Source of the DNA: a virus
IMG/VR virus record: IMGVR_UViG_3300045988_010311
Coordinates: 1 to 64,000 of that record
Direction: 5' to 3' (one strand)
Length of the DNA stretch: 64,000 nt
Shown here: in pieces, positions 63,449-64,000 of the stretch
Numbering within the stretch: the first letter of the stretch is position 1
Layout of the letters: each line of letters opens with the position of its first letter
The notes under the pieces: generated by a model
The model's input: only the letters and a program-made list of their open reading frames with translations
Database searches by the model: none
Told to the model about the DNA's origin: nothing
Position numbers and translations under genes: made by a program

Positions 63449-63682
63449 ATGTCTGAGCTTCTTGTTACAATCCTTAACAAACTAGGTTTGGGTAAAGGAT
63501 GTAGAGTATACAACATATCTAACATGAAAAGATATATGTATGATGTGTTTGGAGACTCTATAAAGGTAGATATAATATCTCCTATATCTGTCAGTCTTGA
63601 AGCAGGTAGTAATAAAATCATTATCATTTATGCGATAGTGAACAGTACGATAAAGAGTCTGACTATTAAAGAGGTGTTATAA
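63449..63682 (+). CDS. hypothetical protein (77 aa from the ATG at 63449; the track alternative starts at 63386)
   Basis: It is in the same frame as the 98-aa track ORF. The shorter start avoids overlap with the coupled micropeptide ORF. Confidence 0.45.
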   Translation: MSELLVTILNKLGLGKGCRVYNISNMKRYMYDVFGDSIKVDIISPISVSLEAGSNKIIIIYAIVNSTIKSLTIKEVL

Positions 63683-63689
63683 ATGGCTC

Positions 63690-63775
63690 ACTCCCTTAGC
63701 TCAGTTGGTTCCGCAAGGCTTGAGAGCATCGGACTTTTAATCCGAGGGTCATGGGTTCGAGTCCCATAGGGAGTA
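63690..63775 (+). tRNA. tRNA-Lys (TTT) with a 13-nt insertion in the D-loop (86 nt)
   Basis: Acceptor ACTCCCT/AGGGAGT, anticodon arm TCGGA-CTTTTAA-TCCGA, T-arm ATGGG-TTCGAGT-CCCAT. The D-arm reads GCTC-AGTTGGT[TCCGCAAGGCTTG]A-GAGC. Confidence 0.6.
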
Positions 63776-63792
63776 CTATTCATTTCATTCAA

Positions 63793-64000
63793 GGGGCTGT
63801 ATTTGGTTTTGACTGGTGGCTACTTGGTATGAGGACATGCAGAGACTGATGGAGAGACATCAAAACTTTAGGTGGCAACAGAATTTCTGCACCTGTAGCT
63901 CTTGCTGCTTAAGCAATCTACTGAGTTAGTCACTGACTTGGAAACAGAATAGTGACAAGACAAGATTTCTTGCATAGATAAATGCAAGTGGTGGGCTATG
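63793..64000 (+). ncRNA. ssrA: tmRNA (SsrA), 5' part, truncated by the window end
   Basis: GGGGCTGTATTTGGTTTTGAC matches the conserved tmRNA 5' end. The tag mini-ORF GGC AAC AGA ATT TCT GCA CCT GTA GCT CTT GCT GCT TAA (63874-63912) encodes GNRISAPVALAA followed by a stop. Confidence 0.75.

Noticed and set aside
1-64000. Stop-codon reassignment (TAG to Gln or TGA to Trp), which is known in some crAss-like lineages.
   Set aside because: All large late genes, up to 2431 codons, are uninterrupted in the standard code. No tRNA with anticodon CTA, TCA or TTA was found. The two no-ORF regions contain a mixture of all three stop codons in every frame.
1-64000. CRISPR arrays, integrase or transposase genes, attachment-site repeats, and rRNA genes.
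   Set aside because: I saw no regularly spaced direct repeats, no recombinase-like ORF and no rRNA-like sequence. The window looks like a strictly lytic-type crAss-like genome segment.

Overview
This window is a roughly 64-kb piece of a crAss-like (Crassvirales) podophage genome, and its promoters point to a Bacteroidota host. All calls were made by eye, with no HMM, BLAST or folding run. RNA and motif coordinates may be off by 1-3 nt.

Layout:
- nt 1-11889 (+): two giant virion genes. One is a two-barrel virion RNA polymerase with a DFDVD catalytic loop, and its ORF is open to the left edge. The other is a 1527-aa protein carrying an AT-rich ADP-ribosyltransferase-like insert. They converge on a bidirectional terminator at 11891-11930.
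- nt 11943-56363 (-): one long late/structural module. In transcription order it holds small regulators, a GroES-like gene, TerL, portal, four mosaic tail-fibre genes, an AT-rich membrane/PLC-like accessory island, a scaffold-like gene, MCP, neck and tail genes, a 1458-aa tail protein, and ejected giant proteins including a 2166-aa protein with a PD-(D/E)xK nuclease domain.
- nt 56382-59332 (-): an array of 19 tRNAs plus one atypical tRNA-like element. A Dps-like gene and a T7-lysozyme-type amidase sit inside it.
- nt 59340-64000: a divergent control region, then + strand small early-type genes. This part also has two roughly 0.5-kb purine-rich non-coding stretches, a tRNA-Lys with an expanded D-loop, and the 5' part of a phage-encoded tmRNA whose tag ends in ALAA.

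Nine - strand Bacteroidota-type promoters (TAnnTTTGCA) and several intrinsic terminators divide the late module into operons. The large ORFs are intact in the standard genetic code.
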